A DNA stretch of 64,000 nt, taken from the human T2T-CHM13v2.0 reference genome, Homo sapiens. The stretch is from the NCBI RefSeq assembly GCF_009914755.1, contig NC_060936.1. One strand, 5' to 3'. The position numbers and the translations under genes are program-made. Below, piece after piece: positions 35,896 to 63,765 of this stretch (the stretch's first letter is position 1; each line of letters opens with the position of its first letter). A model generated the notes under the pieces. The model was not told the DNA's origin. It was given only the letters and a program-made list of their open reading frames with translations, and searched no databases.

Positions 35896-37119
35896 ATAAG
35901 TACTTGGAAATAATACAGCTGATTAAGAAAGCAGGGAAAAGTATAATAGCAACACCATTGTTGGGGAAGGAACTAGAGCCAGAAGGGTGGATAAGGGCCA
36001 GATCTGCCACTCACTGAGTAGTTGGAAAATAGAAATGCTTGGTTAAAACAACTGCCCCCTCTCCCTTCCCTTTTGTCTCTTCCCTTGCTTCCCTCCTCCT
36101 GACTCTCCTTCCTTTCTTTCCCATATTCTCATGAAAATGTATCCCACTGTCAAAAATGAGGTGAGCGGGCAGAATTTTTGAACAATGTGACAAAAGCAAA
36201 GCACTTATAGATTGCCACTCTTCCCCACCCCAGAACACACGCATGCCACTCCATTGAAAAGCACCAAAGGCTGGCAGAATGTCAGCCTAACAACACATAT
36301 TTACAAGCCCAAGCCTAATGACCACTTTCCAAGCCTACACCACAGCCCTTTCATTCAGTGCCTATACGGGATTCTATTTTTCTGACTTTCTACAAATGGA
36401 CCTTTTGGATTATTCTTAAAAGAAAGCTAAGTACTCTAAAGTATGAGTACCTATAATCATTGGGAGAAAAAAGGCACACTTCCCCTCCCTACTAACAAGG
36501 CCAAAAATTCAGATACAAAAGCCCTTGTGCAAAAAAAAAACCCAGGCAAAATCTCTCACATTCTATAAATGCCACATTAATCAAATACGTTGAGTAGGCA
36601 GCTGTAATTTGGGAAAGTTCCCCATTACCTTTTTAAAAGCAGTGCTTCCTTTTCTAATCCCTTTAACATGCCCTAGACAAAGAGTCTTTTAGTCATTGTG
36701 TCAAGGCCAATCAGCCTGGCGTGCCAACAAAGACGGCCTTTTCTCTGCCTTTTCTCAAGGTTGACAGTGGTAGTTGTCCTGCTTTCCTCTTGCCTGAGGG
36801 CCAGAAGTTGATCCCTGGATTCTCCAACAGGTGACAATTATCACCAAGTTTATTCATTTGTCAAAGGTACCCTAATACTTGCACAAAATGGTTTCTTGGA
36901 AGTTTCAGGCAGCTGGTCATTCCCAGGGAAAGCCATTTTCAGGTCTTACGGAACAGTCATTCTCTAACTCACAAGTTACCCAATTGTTCTAGCCCTCTAA
37001 GACAGAGGCTGGAATAAAAGGGAACTACATCTCAAAAAGGAACTATATCTCAAATCTCAAACTACATCTCAAAGCCAATCTTTATCTCAGATTGGCTCTA
37101 ATCTAATAGTAAGCTAAAT

Positions 37120-37470
37120 TCAATATGGTAGGGGCACTCGTTGAATGTAAGAGCTGAAGGATGCTTGGAGAATATCTAATCCCATTTTACAGATGAGGGA
37201 GCCAAATGCAGAAAAGGGAACAATAATTGCAACATAATAGTTAACTGCTTATCAAACATTTGCTATACTCTAGAGACTGTGCTAAGGTATTTAGCTTATG
37301 ATTTCATTTAATGCTTTCAATAACCCTATGAGGCAGATTCTATTAGGATTCCCATTTTACACGAGGAAAGTAGAGCTTTGAGAAGCTAAATGTCTCAAAT
37401 CCCATGATTGGCAAATGAGAGTCATGTGGACTCCAGAGCCTGGGTTCTAAACCTTTATGCTATATTGACT
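37120..37470 (-). mobile_element. MIR fragments
   Basis: cccattttacagatgagg core twice. Confidence 0.7.
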
Positions 37471-38181
37471 CTTATATCCCTGGTCGCACACCTAAAGAAT
37501 AGTAGGATCAGGATTAGAAGCAAGCCCAGAATTCCCCTGCTTTGCACCGCCATGCTGCAACAGTGAATATGACTAAAATCAGAGAACTTGAGTGTCATCA
37601 ATTACAGACCAGAGATCTGATTCAGCACCAGACAGAAGGTCCACATAGACCCTTCCTGGGGAATGAGCTCTGCTTTCAGAAGTACCTTGGGAACTGGTCT
37701 GGGATAGTTTCACTATGTTTGTCAGACCAGACTTCTTGTGATAAATCCACAGAGTCTATCCCAGGGTAGACTTGCCCCTGGAGTTAGAGAAGCTTCTGTC
37801 TTTTTTCCTGCCCTTAATCTCCCTGGGCCTGACTTAATAGTAAAGTTCTATAATGTTCCATGTTGAGCAAACATAGAAATTTGGTAGGGTAACTAGGCTG
37901 AAAGTTCTGATTTGCCTAAAATTGCAATTCATCCAGCAAGTATTAATTTAATCTCCATGGTATTTCTAATGCCAGTAACCTGGGGATGTTAAGATTTTGC
38001 TGCTTTTCTTACAGAAATGTTTCATCATACACATAAAATTACATGTGCTGTTTTTAAAGCTTGGAGTCTACGCATGACAGATCCCTTGGGAATGAATTCT
38101 AGCAACTTCAGCAAATCTCATTAAAAAACCACTGCCGTGAGAGTTTGTTATTATGGGTCATGTATAATGGCCTCTTACTCA

Positions 38182-38607
<426 letters not shown>

Positions 38608-39019
38608 TTATTATTTTTAAAATACCTTTTACTTGCTTAGTGCTTTAGTGTCTACAAAACATGTTTATGTATATTGTGTTGATTTCAGCTTTATAACCCG
38701 CAGTACTAAACAGAGACATGTTATTTTCCCTAACTGACTGAAGACATTGAGGTTCAGGGAGTCCAAGTAACTTACACAAGATCCCGCACCCATTGACTAA
38801 GGAACCTGAGTGTTCTGACCTCAACTGGGGTTTTACATTCTTTCAAATAAAAAAAATGCTTCATTATTCAGAACAGTTTTAGGTTCATAGCAAAATAAAG
38901 CAGAAAACACACACACTTCCTGTACACTCCCTGCAAGTTTGGTTTTCTTTCCATTAAAATATGCTACCTACTCCTAAAGGGCTAGGATTACAGGTGTGAG
39001 CCACTGTGCCCAGCCAGAA

Positions 39020-39672
39020 ATTTCTTAAAAGATCAAGAAATACAAAGTTAAATCTCTCTAATTATTAAAGAAATAGACACTTAAAAGAGTATTTTTTGCC
39101 TACCAATTTTGCAAAGTTGAACAAGCATGTTAATTCTGTTCAGTGCTAAGGATGCTGTGATGGAGCTGCACGCGGTGGCTCATGCCTGTCATCTCAGTAT
39201 TTTGGGAGGCTGAAGCAGGAGGATGGCCTAAGGCCAGGAGTTCGAGACCAGCGTGGGCAACAGAGCAAGACTGCATTTCTTAAAAAAAAAAAAAAAAAAA
39301 AAAAGAATGCTGCAATGGGATCTCTCATACTTTGCTATGAAAAGTTAGCTGGCATTTTTGTTTGAAAAGCGATTTTGTGGTACATCTCTAGAGCCTTAAA
39401 AATGTTCATATCCTTTAACAAAATTTCACTTTGAGAAATCTAGCTTTAGGAAGGACCCAAAGAAACAAAAAAAATGTAGGATAGTTGTACAAACATAAAT
39501 GTTCAATAATAGGAGAATGGTTCAAAAAAATCATAGACCATCCATGCAATGGAATTCAAAGCAGCCATTCAAAATCTTTTTTCTGAAGAACTTAATATCA
39601 CAGGAAAATGCTAATGATCAAGTGAAAGAATAAAAAAGCAGGACAAAAATGTTATTCAAAAAATAAGTATAT

Positions 39673-39718
<46 letters not shown>

Positions 39719-39930
39719 AATACATAGTATATATTCACTATATGTATGCGTGGGGTGTGTGTGTATGTATATTGGAGAAAAGTTTGGAAGAAAATATGCC
39801 AAAATGTTGAAATGGTATTCTCTTGGTGATAATATTGTGTGATTTTAATTTCTTTCTGACACCTTTCTAAATTTTTGAAAAATTTAAATACCAAGCATCT
39901 TTATGTTTAAAATACACCCTGAAAAGCAAT
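39020..39930 (+). mobile_element. L1ME 3' region with FLAM (about 39163-39304) and (TA)n(CA)n (39672-39717)
   Basis: aaatgttcaataataggagaatgg...ccatgcaatggaat...gaaaatatgccaaaatgtt. Confidence 0.65.
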
Positions 39931-39997
39931 AAGTGGTTTTTTTCACACCAGATGCTAGGTGAAGAACCGGAGTAGAAACAATTCATGGTGAAAAATG

Positions 39998-40545
39998 GGC
40001 CGGGCAAAGTGGCTCACACCTGTAATCCCAACACCCTGGGAGGCCAAGGCAGGAAGATCACTTGAGCCCAGGAGTTTGTGACCAGCCTGGGCAACATAGC
40101 AAGACCCTATCTCTATAAAAAATTTTAAAATTAAGTGGGTGTAATGGCACACACCTGTAGTCCCAGCTACCCAGGAGGCTGAGGCAGGAGGATCACTAGA
40201 GCCCAGTAGTTTTAGATGACAGTAAGCCATGCTGTGCCACTGCACTCCAGCCTGGGGGACAGAGCAGGACTCTGTTTCTAAAAATAATAACATAAATAAA
40301 AAAGAAAAATAAATAAATGGACTTAGGAGTCACATAAAGCTGGGTTTTACCGCTGGCTCTGCCTTTTTCTAGCTGTATCACTGTGAACAAATGGCCACAC
40401 TTTATGGTACATCGGTACCATCTGTAAAGTGGGGTCATGATACCTGTCTCATGGGGTTTTTGTGAGGAGTATACATGACCTATTTAAAGCATCAGGTCTG
40501 CTGTCTAGCACAGACTAGATATTTTGTCAGTGGTTTCTATTGTTA
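39998..40545 (+). mobile_element. AluJ (about 39998-40320) followed by MIR
   Basis: Sense dimer; catctgtaaagtgggg MIR core. Confidence 0.85.
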
Positions 40546-41032
40546 CCTCCTGATTATTTGATTTGTCCTCTGTTGATTGTTAGCTTGCTGAAATGCTTAG
40601 TTTCCCATTCTAGGAGATAAGTTCCTTGAATATAGGGACTGGATTTATGTTTTCTTAGAACGGTGCTTTGCCTACAACTGACTTTTCTTTCCCTGGCTTC
40701 CTCTTTTCTTCCTTCCCTCCTCCCCACTACTTTCCTTTTTTGTTTGTTTTTACTCCCCACTATTTTCACATATAATCCTGTACCAGTCACCTAACAAGGC
40801 TGATGCACTGATAAGTTCATGTGCCATATAGTGAATTTCCCATAAGTTACCAGGAAGAGAGGAGTTTGTGTGTGCAGCTGTGTATATATGTTTTCATATT
40901 ACAGATACAATAGGCAGGTATCGTGATAAGGTGACTTGTCTAGGGGGCCACATGCTCTGCGTTTCTTCTTGCCCATCAAACCATATGCTTTATAAAAGTC
41001 TATGATTATAAAGACTATGGAGGGCTTCCTAC

Positions 41033-41132
41033 ATTTGAATTATGGCTACTTGTAGTCTCTTCACAGCTATACTGGGGACTGTCTTCCACTTCAGAATTTC
41101 CCATTTTGAGTAAGGATGTTGAAAGATCCAAC
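41033..41132 (-). pseudogene. Exon A (100 bp) of the FAM194-like gene
   Basis: Acceptor tcttcttttttaag|GT TGG, donor CAA AT|gtagga; open frame (G)WIFQHPYSKWEILKWKTVPSIAVKRLQVAIIQ(I); the phase-2 end joins exon B (AT|C = Ile). Confidence 0.8.
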
Positions 41133-41409
41133 CTTAAAAAAGAAGACACACATATTAAATACAAAAAGAATATAAATAAATAAACAAACAAAGAGAAAAG
41201 GGATATTTCAAAATTTATACCAGTTCAGTACTCACTGTGTAAATCCTGCCCAGCCATCAGTCTACCAAAGCCTATGTGTAAAAGGAACCAAAATCCATTT
41301 GTGTCAAAGTATGCAAATCATCAGCCTAAGAATAACCTCTCCTCAAGGGGATTTGCACTGAAATGGGTTCGAAGCTTTAACCTTAAGTAATTAAGTCTCT
41401 ATGATGGTG

Positions 41410-42025
<616 letters not shown>

Positions 42026-42813
42026 ATGTGTATTATTTGCTCTGGAAATGAATCTGCCTTCTAAACTAAAAACTTGGCTGCATAATTTCTTGATTTATTA
42101 AAAGACTGTTTGTTTATGCTTTTGTTCTAAGAACTGCCCTTCCACATGAGGCTACTCATAAAGGATTCATGTTTTATTTTTGTTCCTTCTTTTAGCAATT
42201 GAGTAACAGTAAAAGCACACACACACACCCACATAAAGGCTTCCAGGATACAATGCCCCTCTGTGTCATTATTAAGTTTTGTGCTAAACTATAAATCTAA
42301 AGCAAGAAACTATATTAAATCTATGAAGTAGAATGAATTCATCCTATGGAGAAAAAAATATTTTATAAGCTGTATAAAAGAAAAAAAAGACACATTTGAA
42401 GAGAAAGCAAAACTCATGAGAGCCTTTTAAAGTTTAGAAATGAATTAGGAGGTCCATAAGTCCAGATTCCCATAACAAATAGGTTGCATCAAAAGAAATA
42501 ATACAAGAAAATTATACGCATGCTATCATTTAATTCTCCCAACAACATTCTACCCTTAGTCATCCTCACTTTACAGATGTTGAAATCAAGATTTAGATTT
42601 CCCCACATTCACAGAACTGGTTGGCAGTAGAGCTGAGATTCGAAAACTTTTAGAGTCTTTCTAGCTCCAATAATGTGGTTCTACCCACCATGCCCTCTAT
42701 ACTGGCTGTTATAAAAGTTAAAAATATACCCAGAGACAATATTCAGTGCTTCCTTAGCCCCCTGGTGCTCATAACTATCAAGTTCATCATTGCCATGAAG
42801 AAAGTGATTAGTT

Positions 42814-43113
<300 letters not shown>

Positions 43114-43596
43114 AGAGACAGAGAGAGAGAAGAAAGAGAGCATGGATCTATAAAAGGAAAACACTAAATTAGAAATGTAAGAAAGCACCAACCAACCAAT
43201 AAAACAAACAAACAAAAACATGTAAATTTCCTATTCCTGGGACTTCCTATGCACTGCTGAGCCTATCTGTTTTTAGTCACTGATAGAATGCCAAGAAGCC
43301 AGGTCCTGAGAGATCATGAGGACAAAAATAAACTCCTCTCCCAACTCACAGTCACATTATTGTTGCAGGGGCAGAGTTGGCCACAGAAAACTCAACAGGC
43401 TGGGTAAGACTATTCCTCCAGGAAGGCTGTTTTTCTCTTTCTTTCCCTCGCTCCCCTTTTACAGAAACCTAAACCATCGCCAGCTGTTGTAATCACACAC
43501 ACTGGATAAAGGGAAGCAAAAAGAATGGAATATATTTAGCCTAGGGTTTGGAGTCTAAAAGCCCATGTTCCATTCAAACTCTGCAAGAATCACTAA

Positions 43597-44160
<564 letters not shown>

Positions 44161-44249
44161 AAAAAGTTTTTATTATAAATGCTGTCTATTTGAATTGGAA
44201 TACCACAGTTTATTTTGTTTTCATAGGCTTTTATTCTTTTTCCTTTTTT

Positions 44250-46262
<2,013 letters not shown>

Positions 46263-46359
46263 TCTTAATTTTTAAGCTTAATTTATCTACTAGTTATTTG
46301 ATGGTGGACCTGTTTTACAAATATGTTATCTCCTAAAACTTTCTGTGATAGTAAAATTG

Positions 46360-46668
46360 TTTTATTTTTTATTTTTTTATTTTTTGAGACAGAGTCTCTC
46401 TCTGTCATCGAGGCTGGAGTGCAGTGGCACAATTATAGCTCACTGTAGCCTCAATCTCCTGGACTCAACTGATCCTCTTGCCTCAGCCTCCTGAGTAGCT
46501 GGGACTACAGGTGCACACCACCATGCCCAGCTAATTTTTGTATTTTTTGTAGAGATGGAGTTTTACCACATTGCCCAGGCTTGTTTCAAACTCCTGACCT
46601 CAAGCCATCTGCCTGCCTCAACCTCCCAGAGTGCTGGGATTACAGACGTGAGCCACCATGCCTGGCCA
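46360..46668 (-). mobile_element. AluJ
   Basis: Antisense dimer. Confidence 0.9.
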
Positions 46669-47222
46669 GCTTGTTCTTTAAAGTAAAAAACTTATTGCTG
46701 AAATTATCTTGTAAAAGCAAATGTAATGGGCCTCATGAGCCGTCAGGTACCAATATTAATACCTATATAACCAAGGGTAACAATGAGGGTCATATGAGAC
46801 AATGGGGATAATAGTAACAATAAACACATGTAATATCCACTATGTTCAGATACTTTTCCAAATGCCTTAGTGTTGACTTACTTAATATTCAGAACAACCC
46901 TGGAGGAAGCACCATTCGTAGCACCATGTTACAGACAATGACACTGGGACAAAGAAAGGCTAAGTAACATGTTCAAAATTGTATCACTAGCAAGTGCCAA
47001 GGCCAGGATTTGAGTCCAGGAATTCTAAAAGCAAAGGCTTAACCACTGATGAGGTTACTTCCGTATCTCAGAGGGGTTGTTGTAGGGAAAACTACAACTA
47101 CCATTTATTATTGCTAATATTATTTTCATTATATGCAAGCAGAATGAGAATTAGGGATAAAGTTACAGAAAGAACATTATCCCGGGAGTCAGGAGACCAG
47201 GGTTGGGGTCATGGCTCTATCA

Positions 47223-47657
<435 letters not shown>

Positions 47658-48093
47658 CTAAATTCTATTATCATCCCACAGTGATATCAGGATGACTAAA
47701 CTAGACAATAGCTAGAAAGCTCCCTGTGATCTGTGGAATACTATAAGTGAATATGATTTTATTATTGAAAATATCAGTTCTTTTAATCGTCAAGTCCTGA
47801 ATATAAAGTTTCATTCTTGGGAGAAAAGCTGGGTCTCCCAGGGCTCTTCATTGCATAGTGCTAATCTCAGATGAGGTTCTTCATCCTTCTTTAATTGCAC
47901 AGAGCTGCTTCACTCACTCATTTTTCCTGAAAACTATCAAGTTTTCTGAAGTTACAATCAGTAAAGATTTCAGATTACTAAGCCTTTATTTATATTCCTG
48001 GGGTTGGTATTTGCAAATGTTTCTAGCATCTGAGAATGGCATCAATTTTTGGAGAGAAAAATAGTAAACTTAATTTTAACTGTAAAAAACCTA

Positions 48094-49195
<1,102 letters not shown>

Positions 49196-49749
49196 CTATG
49201 CTGTATCTATACTAGTACTTCACACTAGTATTTATACGAATGTGAAATTTCTATAAAAGGGAACAGACTCCATGGCCACTGCTATCCTGAGAGTTCCAGT
49301 CAAGGGATTGTTTTGGCGCTCCTTGTGCCAAAGCGGTTCACTTTTGATATGGCCCACTGAATTCTGAATGTTTAACTCTGCTACCAAAGTGATTGCAATG
49401 AAGATCTGGCCTACTCCGGGAGATAGAATGTGCTGCTGACCCAAGAGTATGTAAGTACTGTGCCTCCCTAGAGACTTTTTTCAAAACAATCAGAAATTAA
49501 TTCATGACTTGGCACCCACAGGCCTTCCCAGTCTCACAAATATTTTGCTTGGCTCGAGTCCATATCTCAGGTCCTGATTACCTTAGTCTTTGATAAGAGC
49601 CATCTCTGGGCCCTTAGAAGCACAGGGTCTGAATCTGGAATGCAGAGGCTAAAGGAAGGTGAGACTCCAGCTGACCCTCCCTTAGCTATGTGACCAGCAA
49701 TCTCCTTCTACAAGTTTCTTCAGTTCCTTCCTCCATAACCTTTTAGGAC

Positions 49750-51050
<1,301 letters not shown>

Positions 51051-51069
51051 TATACGAGAAAACTCTGAA

Positions 51070-52940
<1,871 letters not shown>

Positions 52941-53174
52941 GTAGAATAATCTTACATTTTCAAGTGTTGGCAGAAAAAAAAAAGTATTACAAAGAATGAA
53001 TCATTTAGGACCAGATAGCTGAATTGAGTGAGTTCAAGCCTTGCTCTGATACAATTCTCCTTCAAGACAAGAGCCATGAGTTGGATACAGAACATTTATA
53101 TCCCAAGCATATATTTTACTGAACAGCATCAATGGTGTCTCCAAGCCTCTAGATAGTTGACACAATAAAATCTA

Positions 53175-54440
<1,266 letters not shown>

Positions 54441-54767
54441 TGAACTCTCCTCTGAAATGTTCTCCAAACCAGTTGTTCAAAGAATTCTAAGTAAGGCAGC
54501 TGCCCCCGTCGTCACTATTTCAGTGTTTTCTTTCACAAGCCAATGTGGTGAAACATATAGAAATTTGATGGAGTTTCACCTGAATAGAATTTTTATAAAA
54601 TGGCGCACACCACTAAAGAGCTACTTGTCTTTTTCTTCTAAATGATGGCTCCATTAGCATATTTTGAAAAATAACACTGGTTTTCCAATAAGTGTTTAAT
54701 GTGAAATAAAAGAGAAAATTTTTAAAGAACAAAAAGTATTTGAGTTAGCATAAGAAGTCTAAATGAC

Positions 54768-56107
<1,340 letters not shown>

Positions 56108-56726
56108 TAAGTATACCTCCTTCAGAGGGTTTTAAGGTTAAGAAATTTAATGTGCACTTTTAAAAATAATATTTATATGCCGGCTAATTTTTCAGATAGG
56201 GTGCTCAAATAATGGACTGTCCAGTTCAAAACCAGACTTAACAATCTTAACAAGAGATAATCACCAATGAAGGACTTGAAGAAGAATGAAGACTGGCCCA
56301 GTCTTAAAGTAGCTCACTTCTCTAGGCTTAGCACATATAGAGGAATGATTCATTCATTCCACGAATATTCATCAGGCACAGTTCTAGCTTTTGTGGAGAC
56401 AGAGTGAAGAGGGTAGATCTCTGCCTACATGGACCAGTTAGGGAAAGACAGGAAGAAAAGCATGGAGGGAGAGAGAGGGAGAAGAAAAGAAAGGAAAATA
56501 AAAAATTACAGATAGCGATAACTGCAATGATGAAAATAAAACAGGCCACCGTAACAGTGATGGGGGTATGAATGTCGGGCTTCTTTGGACTGGGAGTCAG
56601 GGACACCCTCTTTGAGGAGGCCACATTTGAGCTGAGACCCAAATGATGATGATGAGGAGAAGCCAACCATAAAATAGTGGAAAACATCCAAAGCAGAGTG
56701 CACAGCAAATGTAAAGAACGTGAAGC

Positions 56727-56863
56727 AGCCTGGGCACGGTGGCTCACACCTACAATCCCAGCACTTTGGGAGGCTGAGGCTGGAGGATCACTTAAGCCCA
56801 GGAGTTCGAGACCAACTTGGGCAACATAGTGAGACCCTGTCTCTATTATAAAAAAAAAAAAAA
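56727..56863 (+). mobile_element. FLAM within L2 fragment
   Basis: Sense left monomer with A tail. Confidence 0.85.
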
Positions 56864-57030
56864 AGAAGAAGGAGGAGGAGGAGGAGAAGGAGAAGGACAA
56901 AGACGGAGAAGGAGAAGGAGAAGGAGAAGGAGAAGGAGAAGGAGAAGGAGAAGAAGAAGTAGAAGAAGAAGAAGAAGAAGAAGAAGAAGAAGAAGAAGAA
57001 GAAGAAGAAGAAGAAGAAGAAGAAGAAGAA
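56864..57030 (+). repeat. Purine tract (GGA)n, (GGAGAA)8, (GAA)23
   Basis: Counted directly; pure GAA run 56962-57030. Confidence 0.95.
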
Positions 57031-57215
57031 AAGAATCTGAGGCAGCAATGAGCTTGGTTGGTTAAAAAAACAAAACAAAACAAAAAAAACAGAGAGGCCA
57101 GAACAGCTGGGGAGCAGGGAGTGGAAGGGAAAACTGCCTGTGAGGAAGTCAGAAGGCAGGCACGGAGAGGAAATCTCAGAAGGGCTTGCAGATCAAGGTA
57201 AGAAGTGTGGATTTG

Positions 57216-57620
<405 letters not shown>

Positions 57621-57789
57621 CTAAGGAGGGCATCAAATGAGAAACGTGGCAGCCAGCACGCCCCTGGAGCTCTAGAATACACACAGCTGCATACTGCTCA
57701 TATTATAAGCGGACCCCATTGATTGAGGGCCAATGATAAGCCAAGCAATATAAACACAAAATGATGGAGTTATGCTGAATTGTTTTTTA

Positions 57790-58605
<816 letters not shown>

Positions 58606-58671
58606 CCTTGCAGTGATGTTGAGGAAAGGTATGGCAGGTTCCAAAAAACCCAAATACAGATTAGTGTAAAG

Positions 58672-58876
58672 CAGGGTTTGTCAATCCTGGCACTATTGAC
58701 ATTTTGGACCACACGATTGTGGGGTGCTATCCTGTGCATTGTAGGATGTGTAGCAGCATCCTTGGTCTCTACCTATGATGACAATAGCAACCAGCAGTTG
58801 TGACTACCAAAAATGTCTGCAGGCATTGCCAAATGTCCCTTGTGGGGCAAAATCGCCTCTGTTGGAAAATTCACTG
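58672..58876 (+). mobile_element. MER20 (hAT-Charlie)
   Basis: ggcactattgacattttgg...gttgtgactaccaaaaatgtctgcaggcattgccaaatgtcc. Confidence 0.8.
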
Positions 58877-58980
58877 ATGCAATCAACAACATTTAATCTA
58901 ATATACTTTTGTGATATATGTTCTAAGACAGGTTTGAGTATTTTAATTTTCCCTTCACAAGCAAAGAAATTCTATGAGTG

Positions 58981-60577
<1,597 letters not shown>

Positions 60578-60910
60578 TAGTAACTAGAGGGTTAAAAAAA
60601 TGTGGAATGACTCACTATTTCATTCATTTTTGTGGGCTTGACACAATTCTATGGTGGTTAATAAAGAATCTTTATTAAGCGCATTCTATATGCCAAGCAC
60701 TGTTTTTGGGGACTAGGGATAGAGAAGTGATCATGTACATTAAAAAATATATATATCCTGCCCTTGTGGAACTTATACTCTCATAAGAGGAGAGAGGGTA
60801 AACAAATAAATGGGTATATCATTTAGAATACTAGAAAGTGATAAGTGCAATAGAAAAATTAAGTTGGGAAAAGAGATGGGAGTGCCACGATGGAGCAGGA
60901 TGGAAATCTA

Positions 60911-61210
<300 letters not shown>

Positions 61211-61941
61211 AATCTAAAATAGAGTCCTACTGCAACAGTAATATTTAAGAAAAGAGTTAAAGGGAATAGGGAGAAAGTTGTGCAGAAAGCAGAAGGAACA
61301 TTAGTGCAAACTCCCTAAGGCACGAGCAGAGCTGGGTTTGTTGCAAAATAGCTGGGAAACCAGGATGACTGGTTAATATGAACAATTATGTTTAAAGTAA
61401 CCACTGGCCTGACTTAAATAAAGCTCTCTGAATGACTGCATGGTCAAATCTGAAATGGCAACTCCTTGGTATAGTTTTTCAGCGGATGAGGGAATGGGAA
61501 ACCATTGGTCTTGAGCATCTTACGAGCCTCTAAAGATGTAAAGTAACACCAACAATTAAAGAATGATTCCAAATGTTTTACCTATACTTAGCTCTTGAGG
61601 TGCATTTTGGGTGGGATAACTTTCTTCACAGGTTATCTTTTCCCATCTTTCCGTTCAGGTTTCAACTAAAATAAAATAAAATGTTCTGAGTAAACTGTAG
61701 GGGGAAACACTGGTCAAAAGTGAATTGATTTTTAAAAAGTAAATTATAATTTGATGAGAAGGAGCAGTATTATTACCTGATCAAAGAAATAGATGGGCCC
61801 AGAGTCAAAGGGCTTGGCTTTGGTAAATTCCTTCATTCTGCCATGAGACCTGAGACAGAGCAATTGAAAATCTGAAGACAAATGATCATGTTCATGGATG
61901 ATATTTCAAAGTACTTTATGGTTTTAAAGTTTAACTCTTCA

Positions 61942-62368
61942 TTTTTTTTTTAAATATAGATGAGGTCTCAGCAGGTGCCAAGGCTCATGCCTATAATCTC
62001 AGCATTTTGGGAGGCTAAGGCAGGCTGATTGCTTGACACCAGGAGTTCAAGACCAGCCTGGGCAACACAGTGAGACCCTGTCTCCACAAAAAATACAAAA
62101 ATTAGCCGGACGTGGTGGCGCACACCTGTATTCCCAGCTACTCATGAGGCTGAGGTGGAGGATCAATTGAGCCTGGGAGGTTGTCGAGGCTTCAGTGAGC
62201 TGCGATTGTGCCACTGCACTCCAGCCTGGGTGACAGAGTGAGACCCTGTCTCAAAAAAAATGAGGTCTCACTATGTTGCCCAGGCTGATCTCAAATTTCT
62301 GGCCTCAAACAATCCTCCCACCTCAGCCTCCCAAACACTGGGATTACAGGCATGAGCCATCATGTCCA
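61942..62368. mobile_element. Antisense FLAM interrupted by sense AluJ (about 61972-62260)
   Basis: TSD atgaggtctca. Confidence 0.85.
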
Positions 62369-62524
62369 GACAAATGTTTTATTTTCATCGAAGTATAAAA
62401 ACACTGGGGGGAGAGGGACGCCACTGTTCCTTTATCTCCAACTTTATTTCATACACTATTGACTTGACATAGATACAATCAGAACTGAAAGCTATTGGCA
62501 AACAAAGCAATAATGGCATATTAA

Positions 62525-62746
62525 TAGAGACTTTCTCAACCTCAGCACTACTGCCATTTGGACCAGATAATTCTCTGTGGCAAAGAGCTGCTTTGTGCAT
62601 TGCAGAATGTTTAGCAGCAACCTTAGCTTTTACCTCGTCAGATGCCATAATATAACCTCTCACCCAGTTGTGACAACAAAAAATGTCTCCTGACATTGCC
62701 GATGGTTCCCTGGGGGTCAAAAATCACCCCTGGTTGAGAACACTGC
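62525..62746 (+). mobile_element. MER20
   Basis: ttctcaacctcagcactactgccatttgg...cctggttgagaacactg. Confidence 0.8.
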
Positions 62747-62840
62747 ACAATGGCCAAAACAAACAAAAAAAAAGGTTTGTGAAAAGAGGAACTGTTGTCT
62801 GTGAGGATGGGTGGCACTGATGATGGCAGGGTCATTAAAG

Positions 62841-63020
62841 CAGTGACACTCAAAATGTGGTCCCTGGACCAGCAACATCAGCATCACCTGGGACCTTGTT
62901 AGAGATGCAAATCCTCAGGCCTTACCCAGACCTAATGTTAGAATCTCTGCAGGTGGCACCTGGAATCTATGTGTGGGCAAGCCCTCCATGGGATTCTGAG
63001 AACACTCAAGTTTGCAAAGT
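62841..63020 (+). mobile_element. MER5A
   Basis: cagtgacactcaaaatgtggtccctggaccagcaacatcagcatcacctggg...gttagagatgcaaat. Confidence 0.8.
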
Positions 63021-63176
63021 CCTAACCAGAGGGACACATTTTACTAAGCACTTCATAGCCACTAGCATAGTTATAATGAAAAAGACAATAAAAAGGGACA
63101 CATTTTACTAAGCAGGTTGTGAAAAGCACATGACTGTGATTGGAGAGGAACTGAGGGGCTGGCTAAACCAGAGCTA

Positions 63177-63622
<446 letters not shown>

Positions 63623-63765
63623 TTATTAATAATAATCATTTTCTGCGAATATACCAAAAAAGTTTAAAAAAAGAAAAAAAAGAAAATTTTAAGGCTCAGA
63701 CTAAACTAGCCCTTCCTTAAAGAGGAGTAGGAGAACACCTTTATTTTTTTCTTTTTTTATTTTTT

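Noticed and set aside
49575-49670. PSFSLC... segment ending in gtaatc as the missing upstream exon
   Set aside because: Wrong phase for exon A and no clear acceptor.
56328-57083. Longest ORF (251 aa, poly-Ser)
   Set aside because: Made of TTC repeat, FLAM and L2 sequence.
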